Part shown: positions 1 through 9,272 of the stretch, one piece after another
Layout: every line of letters starts with the position of its first letter
Position numbering within the stretch: position 1 is the stretch's first letter
DNA from: a virus
Lineage: Duplodnaviria; Caudoviricetes
IMG/VR virus record: IMGVR_UViG_3300023275_000004
Location: 32,001-96,000 of that record
Strand: one strand, 5' to 3'
Length of the DNA stretch: 64,000 nt
Notes under the pieces: model-generated
What the model was told of the DNA's origin: nothing
What the model saw: the letters and a program-made list of their open reading frames with translations, nothing else
Databases searched by the model: none
Translations under genes and position numbers: made by a program

Positions 1-44
1 AAGCTATACAGAACTCGGCCAGCTAGCTGCTAGGAACCTCGCAA

Positions 45-281
45 GGAGTCTCTTAGGAGTCCCGCTACCTTTGATAAAGGAGGTAGATGGTACCTAACCG
101 GAGTCCCAACTACTCTAAGGAAATATGGTACCTAATTTTATTTTGACTTAGAGACTCACGCACACAGACCGGAGTCCCGTTCGGCGGGCAATATGGTACC
201 TAGGTAGATCTTGGTTCCCAGACACACACGCAGGAGTCCCGTTCCATGGCCTACGTTGGCGGGATACCCAACCGGAGTCCC
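45..281. repeat. Terminal non-coding region with short direct repeats (GGAGTCCC x5, ATGGTACCTA x3)
   Basis: GGAGTCCC at 56, 100, 171, 233 and 274; ATGGTACCTA at about 87, 125 and 193; no ORF. Confidence 0.8.
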
Positions 282-662
282 ATTACCCCTAGTGATTTTT
301 AGTTCACTGAGTTGAAAAAAGTAAAGTCAGTTTGAGCGTGTCAATTCTCTCAGAATCATTTAACCAAAAGCCTTGACAAGTCTACACATCTAATACTCAT
401 AACCGCATACAAATTAGCTGCCTAGTTTCCTAGGATGCATGGCCCTAGCTAGCCTGCCCTCTGAGACGCACGCTAAGGCGTTAGGCATGCGTGCCCTAGC
501 CCACGTACCCATGCGCGTAGGCTAGGCCCATAGCTAGCCATACACAGGGCCATACAGTACCCATGCATGGGCATGGGATGGTCACCCTACAGGGTAGGCC
601 CATGGTAGGGGGCACATACAGAAGCACCCCCTCATATGAGGGGGTGCTATATGCGGGGTACC

Positions 663-833
663 TCAGCGCAGGCTAAGCAGCAGGCCCAGGATATCCGACC
701 ACTGCATACCCGCGTTGTAGCACTGCACCACAGCAGCACGCTCAGCAGGGGTAGTAGCAAGGTCCCACACAGCAGCCTCTTCCTGCGTACGGAGGATGGA
801 TTCGGTAGCGGCGGTGTACTCTGTGTTCGTCAT
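663..833 (-). CDS. Small early hypothetical protein (56 aa, leaderless)
   Basis: Read manually (MTNTEYTAATESIL...); promoter TTGCGT-N17-TAGACT directly upstream; hairpin at 623-648 downstream. Confidence 0.7.
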   Translation of the reverse strand: MTNTEYTAATESILRTQEEAAVWDLATTPAERAAVVQCYNAGMQWSDILGLLLSLR

Positions 834-890
834 ATCTGTAGTCTACCCATCTATGCGGCTAAACGCAAGCTTTAATCCTAGGGTTTTTAT

Positions 891-1061
891 TTATCCTACG
901 CGCAGAACGCTAGCTACTCGGTTGTGCAACCCCGCCCTGTAGCCACGTTTGGTTACGATACGGGCTGCGCCCCATGCCGTGTAGGCATGCACCGTAGCAC
1001 GGTTACCAAGCACCGAGGTAAAGGAGTTGGAATACTCCACCGCGTAGGTCTTCTTAAACAT
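891..1061 (-). CDS. Small early hypothetical protein (56 aa)
   Basis: Read manually (MFKKTYAVEY...); conserved leader CAAGACGAGCTAGGGAG. Confidence 0.65.
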   Translation of the reverse strand: MFKKTYAVEYSNSFTSVLGNRATVHAYTAWGAARIVTKRGYRAGLHNRVASVLRVG

Positions 1062-1254
1062 CCCGGCTCCCTAGCTCGTCTTGTATCCATAGCCTATCAG
1101 GCGAGGGGTAGAAATCAAGGGCTTGTGAGATTTTCCACAAAATCATAACCAGCCTAGTTTCCTAGGATGCTCAACTTAGCTAACCCTAAGATCTTCGGAT
1201 TCAAGGAGGACACAAAAAAGGCCCCCTCAAATGAGGGGGCCATTCAGAAAATTT

Positions 1255-1530
1255 TCACAGGGAGGGCATTTTGACCGTGCGCACCGATCCCTGAACATAT
1301 TCGTACTCGTAGGTAGCCCGGTTGAACTTCAGTTCGTAAGCCTCAAGCCAGATTGCCTCGCCAGTGCGGCAGTTGCGAGCGATGTTGTACTGCTGCTGTG
1401 CACTCTTCAGAGTGTTTGCGTAGAACTTGCTGTCAGCGGGAGTCGAGTAGCGCGCCGTGGTCTCGTTGGAGAACTGGTGACCGATGCGGTACATCGTTTT
1501 CTCCTGCGCGAACATGTCAGCGTAGCTCAT
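1255..1530 (-). CDS. Hypothetical early protein
   Basis: ORF with RBS, conserved leader and promoter. Confidence 0.75.
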   Translation of the reverse strand: MSYADMFAQEKTMYRIGHQFSNETTARYSTPADSKFYANTLKSAQQQYNIARNCRTGEAIWLEAYELKFNRATYEYEYVQGSVRTVKMPSL

Positions 1531-1617
1531 TTTGTTCTCCCTAGCTCGTCTTGTATCTATAGCTTAGCGCACGGCTAGACGACATGCAACCCCTACCGCC
1601 AACTTTCTCAGAATTAA

Positions 1618-1824
1618 TCAGCGCGTGAGGTAGCTAGCCAACATCATGTGCGCCTTAACCTCAACCCATGATTTACCCGAGCTGCGCATAATAACTACAG
1701 CCTCGGCTGCCAGAGCCTTAGCCTCAGGAGAGGAGTAGCTTAGAAGACGGTTCCCTACCCAAAGCCTTGCCTTGATTTCTGCTTCGGCTTTAGCGGCCTT
1801 GCGAGCTTTCATCGCTGCGAACAT
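1618..1824 (-). CDS. Hypothetical early protein
   Basis: ORF with conserved leader and promoter. Confidence 0.75.
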   Translation of the reverse strand: MFAAMKARKAAKAEAEIKARLWVGNRLLSYSSPEAKALAAEAVVIMRSSGKSWVEVKAHMMLASYLTR

Positions 1825-1857
1825 CTTCTCTCCCTAGTTCGTCTTGCTGATATCTAA

Positions 1858-1895
1858 AGACTACTGCCAGGCCCGACCGAAGTCAAGACCTGGCA
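1858..1895 (-). promoter_or_regulatory. Composite terminator-hairpin/promoter
   Basis: TTGACT-N17-TAGTCT; the -35 lies in the arm of a TGCCAGG...cUUCGg...CCTGGCA hairpin. Confidence 0.8.
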
Positions 1896-1913
1896 TCCTC
1901 TATTTTCAGAAAA

Positions 1914-2141
1914 TTACTTCAGATACTGCGCAACCACATTGGCGTTCGCATAGACGTTGAGCGCCAGAACTTTCTCGCCCCTGTAGTCCGCGCTAGTCCA
2001 CATGTAGTGAATGCCCGCGTCGAAGAGCCGCTGACGAATCCCGTCGATGTTGATCCGGTTCTCTTCAGTCACAGCGTAGAAAGTTACGCCCAGCGGCGGC
2101 AGAGCGTCCTGCACGACAGTCTCAACGTGATCCATGTTCAT
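1914..2141 (-). CDS. Hypothetical early protein
   Basis: ORF with conserved leader and promoter. Confidence 0.75.
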   Translation of the reverse strand: MNMDHVETVVQDALPPLGVTFYAVTEENRINIDGIRQRLFDAGIHYMWTSADYRGEKVLALNVYANANVVAQYLK

Positions 2142-2175
2142 TGCGCGCTCCCTAGCTCGTCTTGCTGATATCTAA

Positions 2176-2215
2176 AGACTAGTGGGAAGCCCTGCGCTAG
2201 TCAAGACTTCCCACT
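2176..2215 (-). promoter_or_regulatory. Composite terminator-hairpin/promoter
   Basis: TTGACT-N17-TAGTCT within AGTGGGAAG/CTTCCCACT stem. Confidence 0.8.
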
Positions 2216-2222
2216 AATTTTC

Positions 2223-2444
2223 TCAGATTGATTCGTACTCGACCACACTCTGATTAGTCAGGCCATCTTCCTGCACGCTCTTGATAACCCGGAACACGCC
2301 CTCCTTCTGCGCCCAGAGGTAAGCGAAAGCTTCCTGCGGCGTGAGCGTGTAGCGACCGGTCTTGCGCGATCCCTTAGCGACGTAGGCGACCCAACCCTTG
2401 CCCTCGATGAAGATCTGAACGATGTATCGAGTGGTGGTTTCCAT
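2223..2444 (-). CDS. Hypothetical early protein (start revised to METTTRY)
   Basis: AAGGAG RBS and TTGACA-N17-TAGTGT promoter place the start at 2444. Confidence 0.7.
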   Translation of the reverse strand: METTTRYIVQIFIEGKGWVAYVAKGSRKTGRYTLTPQEAFAYLWAQKEGVFRVIKSVQEDGLTNQSVVEYESI

Positions 2445-2787
2445 GTCTAGCTCCTTCGTCGCTGCTGTGTTCCTGATAGATAGAACACTACTAGCATCAA
2501 CCACCGCTGTCAAGAGATTTTGAGAAAAAGATTTAGAGACAGCAAAGCCCGCCTCCCGTAATCGAGAGTCGGTCAAGATCATTCATCCGAGAGGTTCCGC
2601 AGCCATCATGCTTTGGATTAACGTCCGCAATTTCCTCTAAAATTTGTAAGCTCTCTGTCTTCTCAGTCGATGCTCGGCTATCTTCCCTACTTACCGAGGC
2701 TCTATGGCCTACTTCGGGAGCACTGATCAAACTAATTGGACATCCTGCTAACAATAATAACGGCTAACAGGATGTCCAACCTAATTA

Positions 2788-3234
2788 TCACTCCAAGTAC
2801 ATAGGGATGATCGTATAAGGCGTCACCGTGTTATCCGCCTTCCGCATACGTACAGGGCCAGCACTAGGAAGGTAAGCACGCTCAGGAAATATCTCGCCCT
2901 CGATAGGCTCCGCAAATTTCTTAGCAGCAGCTACAGCTGTCTTAAAGCTCATGCTCGCAGCTATCGTGCTCTCGCCCAGCCCCTCAACCTTTTCTATCAC
3001 TAGGAATACACAGGGATTATCTGACTCTATGTTCAGACGTGTATCGTCACCAGGTTCTTTCTTGCGTCTCTTGCCCACATACTTGCCAGGCTTGTCATCG
3101 TTGTTGTAGATGGGCTGATCGTTTGAAAAAGTTTTCTCGGGCACAAAGACCGGGTTAGCCGCGATATTCGCCGAGTTAACGCTGTTGTAAGGCTGGCCGG
3201 ATAACTCACTGGGGTTCTCTGTTACTTGCTTCAT
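2788..3234 (-). CDS. Hypothetical protein
   Basis: 148 aa ORF in operon; inverted repeat downstream at about 2736-2779. Confidence 0.65.
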   Translation of the reverse strand: MKQVTENPSELSGQPYNSVNSANIAANPVFVPEKTFSNDQPIYNNDDKPGKYVGKRRKKEPGDDTRLNIESDNPCVFLVIEKVEGLGESTIAASMSFKTAVAAAKKFAEPIEGEIFPERAYLPSAGPVRMRKADNTVTPYTIIPMYLE

Positions 3235-3415
3235 TATTGTGTTCCCACTCTCTTTTTAGCTCTTCGTAAAATTCTTCCCACATCTCTTCCGAGTATTGAG
3301 CGCTCATCTGATCGTTGCGGGATAACTCTTCACTAGCCTCTAGGGAGTACGCATATCGTTTATCCTCCGTTGCTCGTAGGTACGCTACCGTAAAGTTGAA
3401 CCTGTAATCTTCCAT
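3206..3415 (-). CDS. Hypothetical protein
   Basis: ORF coupled to its neighbours. Confidence 0.6.
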   Translation of the reverse strand: MEDYRFNFTVAYLRATEDKRYAYSLEASEELSRNDQMSAQYSEEMWEEFYEELKREWEHNNEASNREPQ

Positions 3416-3419
3416 ACCT

Positions 3420-3827
3420 CTAGTCTAGCTCCCTGTTGATCCTCTCCCAAGGTCTCTCTCCTTCTGTCATCAGCTCAGCTATCCTGCTCTCTGTCTCTAG
3501 TCCGTATTTCCTTCTCTGTTTCAGCCTATCGCACTTGAGACATCTTCTGTGTTGCCTTCCCTTTCTATCAACGTCTAGCCGTACATTCTCTTCCGTTAAC
3601 TCATGTCCCCGGTAGCAAGAGGTCTGCATTCTTTTTTGTAGAGCGGCTGGGGAGATGACTTTTATTTCTTGGGCTAGCGTCCTGGCGGGGAGATGCTTTC
3701 TACGCTTGGGAGAATCTATTTTCCTATTATGGTATGCCCTGTTCAAGGTGCGGCGGTGGCACTCGCGGCAGCGCTTATAACTACCGCGAACATACCAATC
3801 ATCGGTACTGCACTTCTTACATTTCAT
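3420..3827 (-). CDS. Basic Cys-rich (Zn-binding) putative DNA-binding protein
   Basis: CxxC...CxxC plus CYRGH...N...RxCxxC motif typical of actinophage HNH-associated domains. Confidence 0.6.
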   Translation of the reverse strand: MKCKKCSTDDWYVRGSYKRCRECHRRTLNRAYHNRKIDSPKRRKHLPARTLAQEIKVISPAALQKRMQTSCYRGHELTEENVRLDVDRKGRQHRRCLKCDRLKQRRKYGLETESRIAELMTEGERPWERINRELD

Positions 3828-3992
3828 GGTCGCTCTCCGATAGCCAGGAAGATATATCCTCACACTGTATTACTAAGTGATGACAGACTTAGCCCTCTAG
3901 CCCGCTGTAGCGCTCTCTGTGCCCCTAAACGTAGCTAAGCCGTCCTGGCCTACCTAGACGGTAGCGGACGGCTTAGAATAGGTATTGCTGGA

Positions 3993-4496
3993 TTAGCCTT
4001 CCAAGCCCTTCAGCGCGAGGCGTAAGGCTTGCATAATTGCTTTTTCTGTTTGCAAATACTTGGTGTACTGCTCAGTTACGGTAGTATCGTCTGTGTAGCT
4101 AGCAAGTGTCTTAATAAAGACTTTTTCTTTCGCCGCTGCTAAAGATAGTCGGCCCTGTAGTTCCTGCGTAAGGCTGATGATCGCGGAAGTCTGGTAAGGA
4201 TTTAATTCTGAGAAATTTACAGCCTCCTCCTTATGCATCTTGTTAGCTGGGCGCACTGCTTTGCCTTGCGTGACAACCTTCCCGTTCTCATCACGTTTGA
4301 CTTCCCACACGCTGTGCGTGCCCTCTTTGAGGGTGATCACGTCACCCTTGTAAAGTTTCTCGGCAGCGGTGCCCACGATGGTGCCGAACTTATCCATCTT
4401 GGCTAGCGAGACACGACCGGTGCTTCTGTCCATGACCATCGACTGCCCAGCCTCGATGGTCTCGTTAACCTCTAGCGTCATGCTCGGACGATTCAT
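3993..4496 (-). CDS. Hypothetical protein
   Basis: 167 aa ORF with AGGAG RBS. Confidence 0.7.
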   Translation of the reverse strand: MNRPSMTLEVNETIEAGQSMVMDRSTGRVSLAKMDKFGTIVGTAAEKLYKGDVITLKEGTHSVWEVKRDENGKVVTQGKAVRPANKMHKEEAVNFSELNPYQTSAIISLTQELQGRLSLAAAKEKVFIKTLASYTDDTTVTEQYTKYLQTEKAIMQALRLALKGLEG

Positions 4497-4519
4497 TTTA
4501 TTTCTCCTAAAACTGTGGG

Positions 4520-4771
4520 TTACTTGTCAAGCTCCAGCATCAATCCGCCAAGCATGCCCAGCCACATCAAGAAGTCGGGGGAAGAGTGCCAGATCTCAGA
4601 ATCTGAGTGCGCGACAAAAAGCAGTTCCCCCGTCTTGTAGATATTAATTTCCATAGCATCGCCATCGTTGTCAGAAAACGTCCATCCTCCGGAGTAGGTG
4701 CTACAGCCAGTGCTCTCTACGCACTTAGGAGCCAGAGCGGTTGCGCTGTTATAGATCTCTGCGAGAGTCAT
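4520..4771 (-). CDS. Hypothetical protein
   Basis: ORF downstream of hairpin promoter. Confidence 0.7.
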   Translation of the reverse strand: MTLAEIYNSATALAPKCVESTGCSTYSGGWTFSDNDGDAMEINIYKTGELLFVAHSDSEIWHSSPDFLMWLGMLGGLMLELDK

Positions 4772-4817
4772 TGGATTAGCCTTCCGAGAAGTCTTGGAGG
4801 AATTTCCCTACTCACAA

Positions 4818-4856
4818 ACAATAGCAAGAGCCCTCAACCGAAGTCAAGGGCTCTTA
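4818..4856 (-). promoter_or_regulatory. Composite terminator-hairpin/promoter
   Basis: TTGACT-N18-TATTGT; UUCG-loop hairpin. Confidence 0.8.
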
Positions 4857-4869
4857 CGAAGTTTTTTAA

Positions 4870-5043
4870 TTACTTTGTGCTAGCTTGAAAGTGTTTAATC
4901 GCCATCCCCACTGCGCGAGGCTCAGCGTTGGTAATCAGATTGCCTCCCTTGATCTTGACCACGTAGCCCCAGCGAGTCAGTACGCGACCAGCGTTGAAAA
5001 AGTCAGAAGCTAAAGACATTGACTTAGGCTTGTAAGTGAACAT
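4870..5043 (-). CDS. Small hypothetical protein (57 aa)
   Basis: Read manually (MFTYKPKSMS...); AAGGA RBS. Confidence 0.6.
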   Translation of the reverse strand: MFTYKPKSMSLASDFFNAGRVLTRWGYVVKIKGGNLITNAEPRAVGMAIKHFQASTK

Positions 5044-5078
5044 CAACAATCCTTCGTTAGAAGACTGACCAGAAATTT

Positions 5079-5297
5079 TCAGAACGTCCGAGGCGTGGGG
5101 ATGTTGTGCTCAGTGCAAAACTCACGGAGGATGTCTGTCGCCTCGTTGTACTTGTTTCGCGCTTTCATTTCTCGCGTGCTCTGAATACGCTGACCTTTAG
5201 CTACTCGCGCCTCACGAGCCATGCCAACCTTACCGTGAGCTAAGCGAGCTCGCGCGGTCAGAGTCTCAAGCTTCTTAATGATCTGCGCCTCAGTCAT
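5079..5297 (-). CDS. Hypothetical early protein
   Basis: ORF with conserved leader and promoter. Confidence 0.75.
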   Translation of the reverse strand: MTEAQIIKKLETLTARARLAHGKVGMAREARVAKGQRIQSTREMKARNKYNEATDILREFCTEHNIPTPRTF

Positions 5298-5330
5298 TGA
5301 AGTCTCCCTAGCTCGTTTGCTTGTACCTAA

Positions 5331-5368
5331 AGCCTACCGCGCCTGTCAACCGGAGTCAACAGGCGCGG
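5331..5368 (-). promoter_or_regulatory. Composite terminator-hairpin/promoter
   Basis: TTGACT-N17-TAGGCT in CCGCGCCTGTTGAC/GTTGACAGGCGCGG hairpin. Confidence 0.8.
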
Positions 5369-5378
5369 CGGAAAAACT

Positions 5379-5579
5379 TTAGCTGATTGCGTTGATCACC
5401 GGAGCATTCTCAGGAAAGCGGTCGACAACAATCGTCTCAAGCTCAGAGACAACCATGTCCGCAGAAGTGTAAGCGTCGAACACTGCATTCTGTGCTTGCG
5501 TGCCGTTAGCAGCAGCGACATAGATGAACAGGTCACCGTCGTGGTCTTCGAGGTTGATCTTGACCCGGTAGCGTGCCAT
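5379..5579 (-). CDS. Hypothetical early protein
   Basis: ORF with leader CAAGACAACAACCCAAGGAG. Confidence 0.75.
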   Translation of the reverse strand: MARYRVKINLEDHDGDLFIYVAAANGTQAQNAVFDAYTSADMVVSELETIVVDRFPENAPVINAIS

Positions 5580-5616
5580 TTTATACTCCTTGGGTTGTTG
5601 TCTTGCTTGTATCTAA

Positions 5617-5646
5617 AGCTTAGCGCACCCCTTTCGAGGTGCGCAA
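5617..5646 (-). promoter_or_regulatory. Composite terminator-hairpin/promoter
   Basis: TTGCGC-N18-TAAGCT; GAAA-loop hairpin. Confidence 0.7.
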
Positions 5647-5664
5647 GCTCTCTACCAAGATTTT

Positions 5665-5913
5665 TTAGAGAATTCCTGCTGCCTTGTAAGCCTTCTTCAA
5701 CTTACGCGGAAGGCGAGTAAGGCTGCGACTCAGCACGGGCTTAGCCGGGTAGATCGTGGCATCCATGTCCAGGGCGAGAGCGTGGCAGCGATCCAACCGC
5801 TCCGAAATTTCGGCGTACAGCTCAGCCTTTTTCATAGCGCTCCGACCAGCGATGTTCAGCGTGGCAGCGAGAGCGGAAAGGTCCTTAGCGGTGTACTCAG
5901 CGATGGTCTTCAC
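5665..5913 (-). CDS. Small protein with Rho N-terminal-like helical domain
   Basis: TAKDLSALAATLNIAGRSAMKKAELYAEI resembles the Rho_N (T..eL..lA..l.i.g.s.m.K.eLi..I) pattern. Confidence 0.6.
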   Translation of the reverse strand: MKTIAEYTAKDLSALAATLNIAGRSAMKKAELYAEISERLDRCHALALDMDATIYPAKPVLSRSLTRLPRKLKKAYKAAGIL

Positions 5914-5982
5914 AATTTCTCCTAAGTGAGAAGCTAAAATTTTTGATGAGAGGGGCGAGCGGATGCCCGCCCCTGCCTTGCT

Positions 5983-6201
5983 TCAGGAAATATCGGAAAG
6001 CTCTCCGGTCTCGTCAACAAACTCAACCGTGATGTTGTGAGGAGCAGCAGCCTTGCGAGCGTTGCTCAAGAACTCACGCACTCCGTCAGCGTTCCGGTAA
6101 CGCACCGACTGGCGACCAGCGACCCGCAGGTCAGCGAAGTAGCGCTCAGCGAAAGTCGGGTTGGTAGAGACCGAAACCGTGAGGGTAGCAATCCGGGCCA
6201 T
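5983..6201 (-). CDS. Hypothetical early protein (start MARIAT)
   Basis: Promoter position argues for the 6201 start. Confidence 0.7.
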   Translation of the reverse strand: MARIATLTVSVSTNPTFAERYFADLRVAGRQSVRYRNADGVREFLSNARKAAAPHNITVEFVDETGELSDIS

Positions 6202-6237
6202 TGTCTGCTCTTTTCTCTCTGTCTTGCTGATACTCAA

Positions 6238-6280
6238 AGCTTAGTCCCTAGGGTGCGAGGCTGTCAACCCCGCACCCTAG
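6238..6280 (-). promoter_or_regulatory. Composite terminator-hairpin/promoter
   Basis: TTGACA-N18-TAAGCT; CTAGGGTGCG/CGCACCCTAG stem. Confidence 0.8.
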
Positions 6281-6287
6281 AAACTTT

Positions 6288-6593
6288 TTAGCGAAGATAG
6301 GTACGGCACATGCCCTGGTGAGTCGTGGTAGTCACGCTGTAGCGAGCGTCGGGCACGCGCACCGCGCCATCCTTGGTGACGTAGGCAATCGGAGTAGCGT
6401 AGCTGACGACCGTGTAAACGATCTCGTCCGCGTTGGCGAAGTTGTTGTACTCTCGGGCATCCTCGGCGGGCATATGGCCCGTGCTGGACACTGCGCCCTC
6501 AACGCCTTTCATAGCGAACCCGCTGCGCTTAAAGGCGGTCTTGGACTCAAGGGCGGCGATGGTGAGCTGACGGGCGCGACCGTGAGTAGCCAT
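6288..6593 (-). CDS. Hypothetical early protein
   Basis: VVSYATPIA...YSVTTTTHQ motif seen in actinophage small proteins; conserved leader. Confidence 0.75.
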   Translation of the reverse strand: MATHGRARQLTIAALESKTAFKRSGFAMKGVEGAVSSTGHMPAEDAREYNNFANADEIVYTVVSYATPIAYVTKDGAVRVPDARYSVTTTTHQGMCRTYLR

Positions 6594-6685
6594 TTTGTTC
6601 TCCTTGGGTTGTTGTCTTGCTTGTATCTAAACCCTACCTAGAATCCGTCCTGATTGCAAGCCTTAGAAAGAACTTTTCTTGTGAG

Positions 6686-6823
6686 TTAGTTCACAAGAGA
6701 GACCATAATGTTGACCGCGCAGGTGATCAGAAAGCCAGCAAAGCAGATGCCAGCAAGAGAAAATTTGCGCGCTGTAGCAAAAACAATTCCACCACATAGC
6801 AGGAAGACAGCGACAGTGATCAT
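6686..6823 (-). CDS. Small membrane protein (45 aa)
   Basis: Read manually; hydrophobic; GGAGG RBS. Confidence 0.6.
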   Translation of the reverse strand: MITVAVFLLCGGIVFATARKFSLAGICFAGFLITCAVNIMVSLVN

Positions 6824-6855
6824 TAGTTTCACCTCCAATTATTTTTATACAGTAA

Positions 6856-6894
6856 ACACTACAGGACCTTGGCTTTCTCAGTCAAGGTCCTGTA
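6856..6894 (-). promoter_or_regulatory. Composite terminator-hairpin/promoter
   Basis: TTGACT-N18-TAGTGT in TACAGGACCTTG/CAAGGTCCTGTA stem. Confidence 0.8.
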
Positions 6895-7085
6895 ATTTTT
6901 CTTTAGAAGATCCACTCTAGAAACTTCCTCCAGAGACTCTTCTTACTTTCGCGGATGGCTTCCCAACTGCTACCAGGGGAGTCAAGAGTCCAGCCCTGTT
7001 CCTTCTTCCTAAAGATACCCACTGTGCTCTCCTAACTACTGGATTGCTTATAGTAATTATTTTAGCACAGTGGGTATTTAGTTGT

Positions 7086-7241
7086 CTAGTTTGCGATCTT
7101 CCACATTTGGTAGATTGTCCATCCGGGGTCGTCCGCGTACACTGCCGTGACGTACTTCTTAGCCCTCTTGGCATTGCACTTAGCAACATAGTGAGTGAAA
7201 GTGACGGTACTGTTCCTCATGACGATCTTGTATGTCCTCAT
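7086..7241 (-). CDS. Small leaderless hypothetical protein (MRTYKI)
   Basis: ATG 7 nt after the -10. Confidence 0.65.
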   Translation of the reverse strand: MRTYKIVMRNSTVTFTHYVAKCNAKRAKKYVTAVYADDPGWTIYQMWKIAN

Positions 7242-7248
7242 AGATAAA

Positions 7249-7287
7249 ACAATAGCAGCGCCCTCAACGAGTGTCAAGGGCGCTGCT
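7249..7287 (-). promoter_or_regulatory. Composite terminator-hairpin/promoter
   Basis: TTGACA-N17-TATTGT in AGCAGCGCCCTTGAC/GTTGAGGGCGCTGCT. Confidence 0.8.
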
Positions 7288-7295
7288 CAAGATTT

Positions 7296-7523
7296 TTAGT
7301 TGACTTTTACCAGCCTCAAACGGTCCGCACTTGTACCATAGACCCAGTGACCTTGATAGCGGTACGCCTCCCACTCATACTCTCGGCCATCTGTGTCAGT
7401 AGACTTGAAGCTAGCCGTACGCTCCACTCCTCCACCACGAAGGCTAAGAAATTTTGCTGTCTCTGTGTAGTGCCCGAAATCTAGCGTGACCTCGGTTCCG
7501 GGCACAAGGCTATCGATTCGCAT
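7296..7523 (-). CDS. Hypothetical protein (start MRIDSL)
   Basis: Follows the stop of the 7525-7683 ORF. Confidence 0.65.
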   Translation of the reverse strand: MRIDSLVPGTEVTLDFGHYTETAKFLSLRGGGVERTASFKSTDTDGREYEWEAYRYQGHWVYGTSADRLRLVKVN

Positions 7524-7524
7524 T

Positions 7525-7683
7525 TTAGCCCTCAACAATCTCAACGTCAGCGACGGTAACGCCATTTGCATCCATTTCCCACGAAAACGCAAACTCGATG
7601 CGGTCGAAGTTGTCAACAGGAACGAACTCTACGGTGTGGATACGACCGGAATCAACGTCACGGTAGCGAATGGTGTAGGTCAC
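7525..7683 (-). CDS. Small hypothetical protein (52 aa)
   Basis: GTG start, GAGGAGG RBS, own promoter. Confidence 0.65.
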   Translation of the reverse strand: MTYTIRYRDVDSGRIHTVEFVPVDNFDRIEFAFSWEMDANGVTVADVEIVEG

Positions 7684-7743
7684 TTCTGCCTCCTCGGTAG
7701 CTTGTATCTAAAGTCTAGCAGCAGCTCACGAGAATAGCAAGCC

Positions 7744-7986
7744 TCAGTGTCGCCAGTTCATAACGAATCCGTCAGTTTTTTCCAGATCTTTGCCTTCTAT
7801 CAACTCGGCCCAGACGATCTCAAATTCCCAAGCTGCACGAAGCCGAATAATTTTCTCAGCATCGCTCAACGAAATTCCAGATTCTTTACGGAGGATGTCC
7901 ATGAGATCATCATCAGCGTCACTGCTTTGCATGTACTTTGAGAGGAAGTCTTCAAGGATAGTTTCGTAGTTCATCGTCTTAGTCAT
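7744..7986 (-). CDS. Leaderless hypothetical protein (MTKTMNY)
   Basis: ATG 6 nt after the -10 TACTGT. Confidence 0.7.
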   Translation of the reverse strand: MTKTMNYETILEDFLSKYMQSSDADDDLMDILRKESGISLSDAEKIIRLRAAWEFEIVWAELIEGKDLEKTDGFVMNWRH

Positions 7987-7992
7987 GTATAG

Positions 7993-8039
7993 ACAGTAAC
8001 AGGCTCCCTCAACCGAAGTCAAGGGAGCCTGTCAAGATT
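7993..8039 (-). promoter_or_regulatory. Composite terminator-hairpin/promoter (43-bp exact copy at 13880-13922)
   Basis: TTGACT-N18-TACTGT; UUCG hairpin. Confidence 0.85.
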
Positions 8040-8041
8040 CT

Positions 8042-8545
8042 TTAGGCAAGTCGTCCGCTACACACAGGTCCCATGCCGTCTTCGATCGACTGCTTTGCTG
8101 TCAACTTGCGTCCGCAGACACAGCAGAAAGAAATTTTGAGGCTGAGCTTTTTTCCTTCTTCCTTGGTCATCAGCATGTCAGCAGTGAAGCCAACCGGAGC
8201 TCCGCAGAATTCGTAGTACGCCTTCTTGCCCTCTGGAGTGCGAAGGATCTTTGCCCACTGCTTACCAGAGCCAGCCGTCCGAAGCTGAAAAACTCGGCCC
8301 TCTTTGACGTACACACCATCGGCCAGCTTCACGGAAGTCTGAGCAACAGTCTTGGACGGCCATGGGAGACCAAAGAGCCAGTTTTTGAGAGCGTCAACCT
8401 CACATTTTTTGACGTTGCACAGTTCCGCTTCGATAAGTTCCTTATTAGCTTCGGTGGTCTTCTTGGCAGCGATCTTACGCAGCATGCTCATCTGCGGTTC
8501 GGTAGCGGGAGCTTCAAGCGTTGCGGCGAGCCATGTCGTTGTCAT
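8042..8545 (-). CDS. DUF6011-like Zn-ribbon protein
   Basis: C-terminal CCVCGRKLT..QSIEDGMGPVC motif; leaderless. Confidence 0.75.
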   Translation of the reverse strand: MTTTWLAATLEAPATEPQMSMLRKIAAKKTTEANKELIEAELCNVKKCEVDALKNWLFGLPWPSKTVAQTSVKLADGVYVKEGRVFQLRTAGSGKQWAKILRTPEGKKAYYEFCGAPVGFTADMLMTKEEGKKLSLKISFCCVCGRKLTAKQSIEDGMGPVCSGRLA

Positions 8546-8551
8546 GTCTAA

Positions 8552-8589
8552 ATACTATGGGAGCCCTCAACTGATGTCAAGGGCTCCCA
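8552..8589 (-). promoter_or_regulatory. Composite terminator-hairpin/promoter
   Basis: TTGACA-N17-TAGTAT. Confidence 0.8.
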
Positions 8590-8771
8590 CTAGATTTTTA
8601 GTTGTTTATGTATGTCCAGTTCATGCCTAGCTCGCACACAAACCCTATGAAGAGCAGCAGCGCAGCCAGCCAAAACCATGGACTTTGGAAAATTTTCACC
8701 GTGACCCCAACCATAAGATGATTATGAAGATCATCAGCAGGATTAGGGAGACAGTGTGCCAGTTTTTCATG

Positions 8772-8927
8772 TCAGTCAGTAGCCTCCGAAACAGTCGCCT
8801 TGATGTCTGCCGAGGTAGCGTAAACCTCGCGGTCATCCTCCGTCACGATGTAAAAAGCCTGGCGTCCGTGATCCCAACGAACAACCTCACCGAACTCGCC
8901 GGTGTTCAGCTCAACGATCGCGCCCAT
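8772..8927 (-). CDS. Small hypothetical protein (51 aa)
   Basis: Read manually (MGAIVELNTG...); AAGGAG RBS and promoter. Confidence 0.65.
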   Translation of the reverse strand: MGAIVELNTGEFGEVVRWDHGRQAFYIVTEDDREVYATSADIKATVSEATD

Positions 8928-9272
8928 GTCTAGCTCCTTGGGTAGTTGTTTCCTTGCTGATGATCTAAGACTATCAGATGTCTAGCTATCTTGCAAGCGG
9001 AATCTTAGTAACAGGAAGAAAGAATTGTGGAGTATGCAACAATAATCATGCATACCAGGAAGATCCATCCATTACGTTCGCTCATGACCTTCAGACTTTC
9101 TCACTTCTTACCTCCACAGAAGTCAGCGCTGATAGATTTTAACAGTCTACGATAGTGATAAGTAATTGTGACAAAGTTCTCTTTGCTGGCAGTCAGCAAA
9201 GAGGGAGCCTGTAGCGCTGATTGCTTACACTTCGTTGTCATGATTAGACCCTACTATCTAGGGCCTAGTCTG

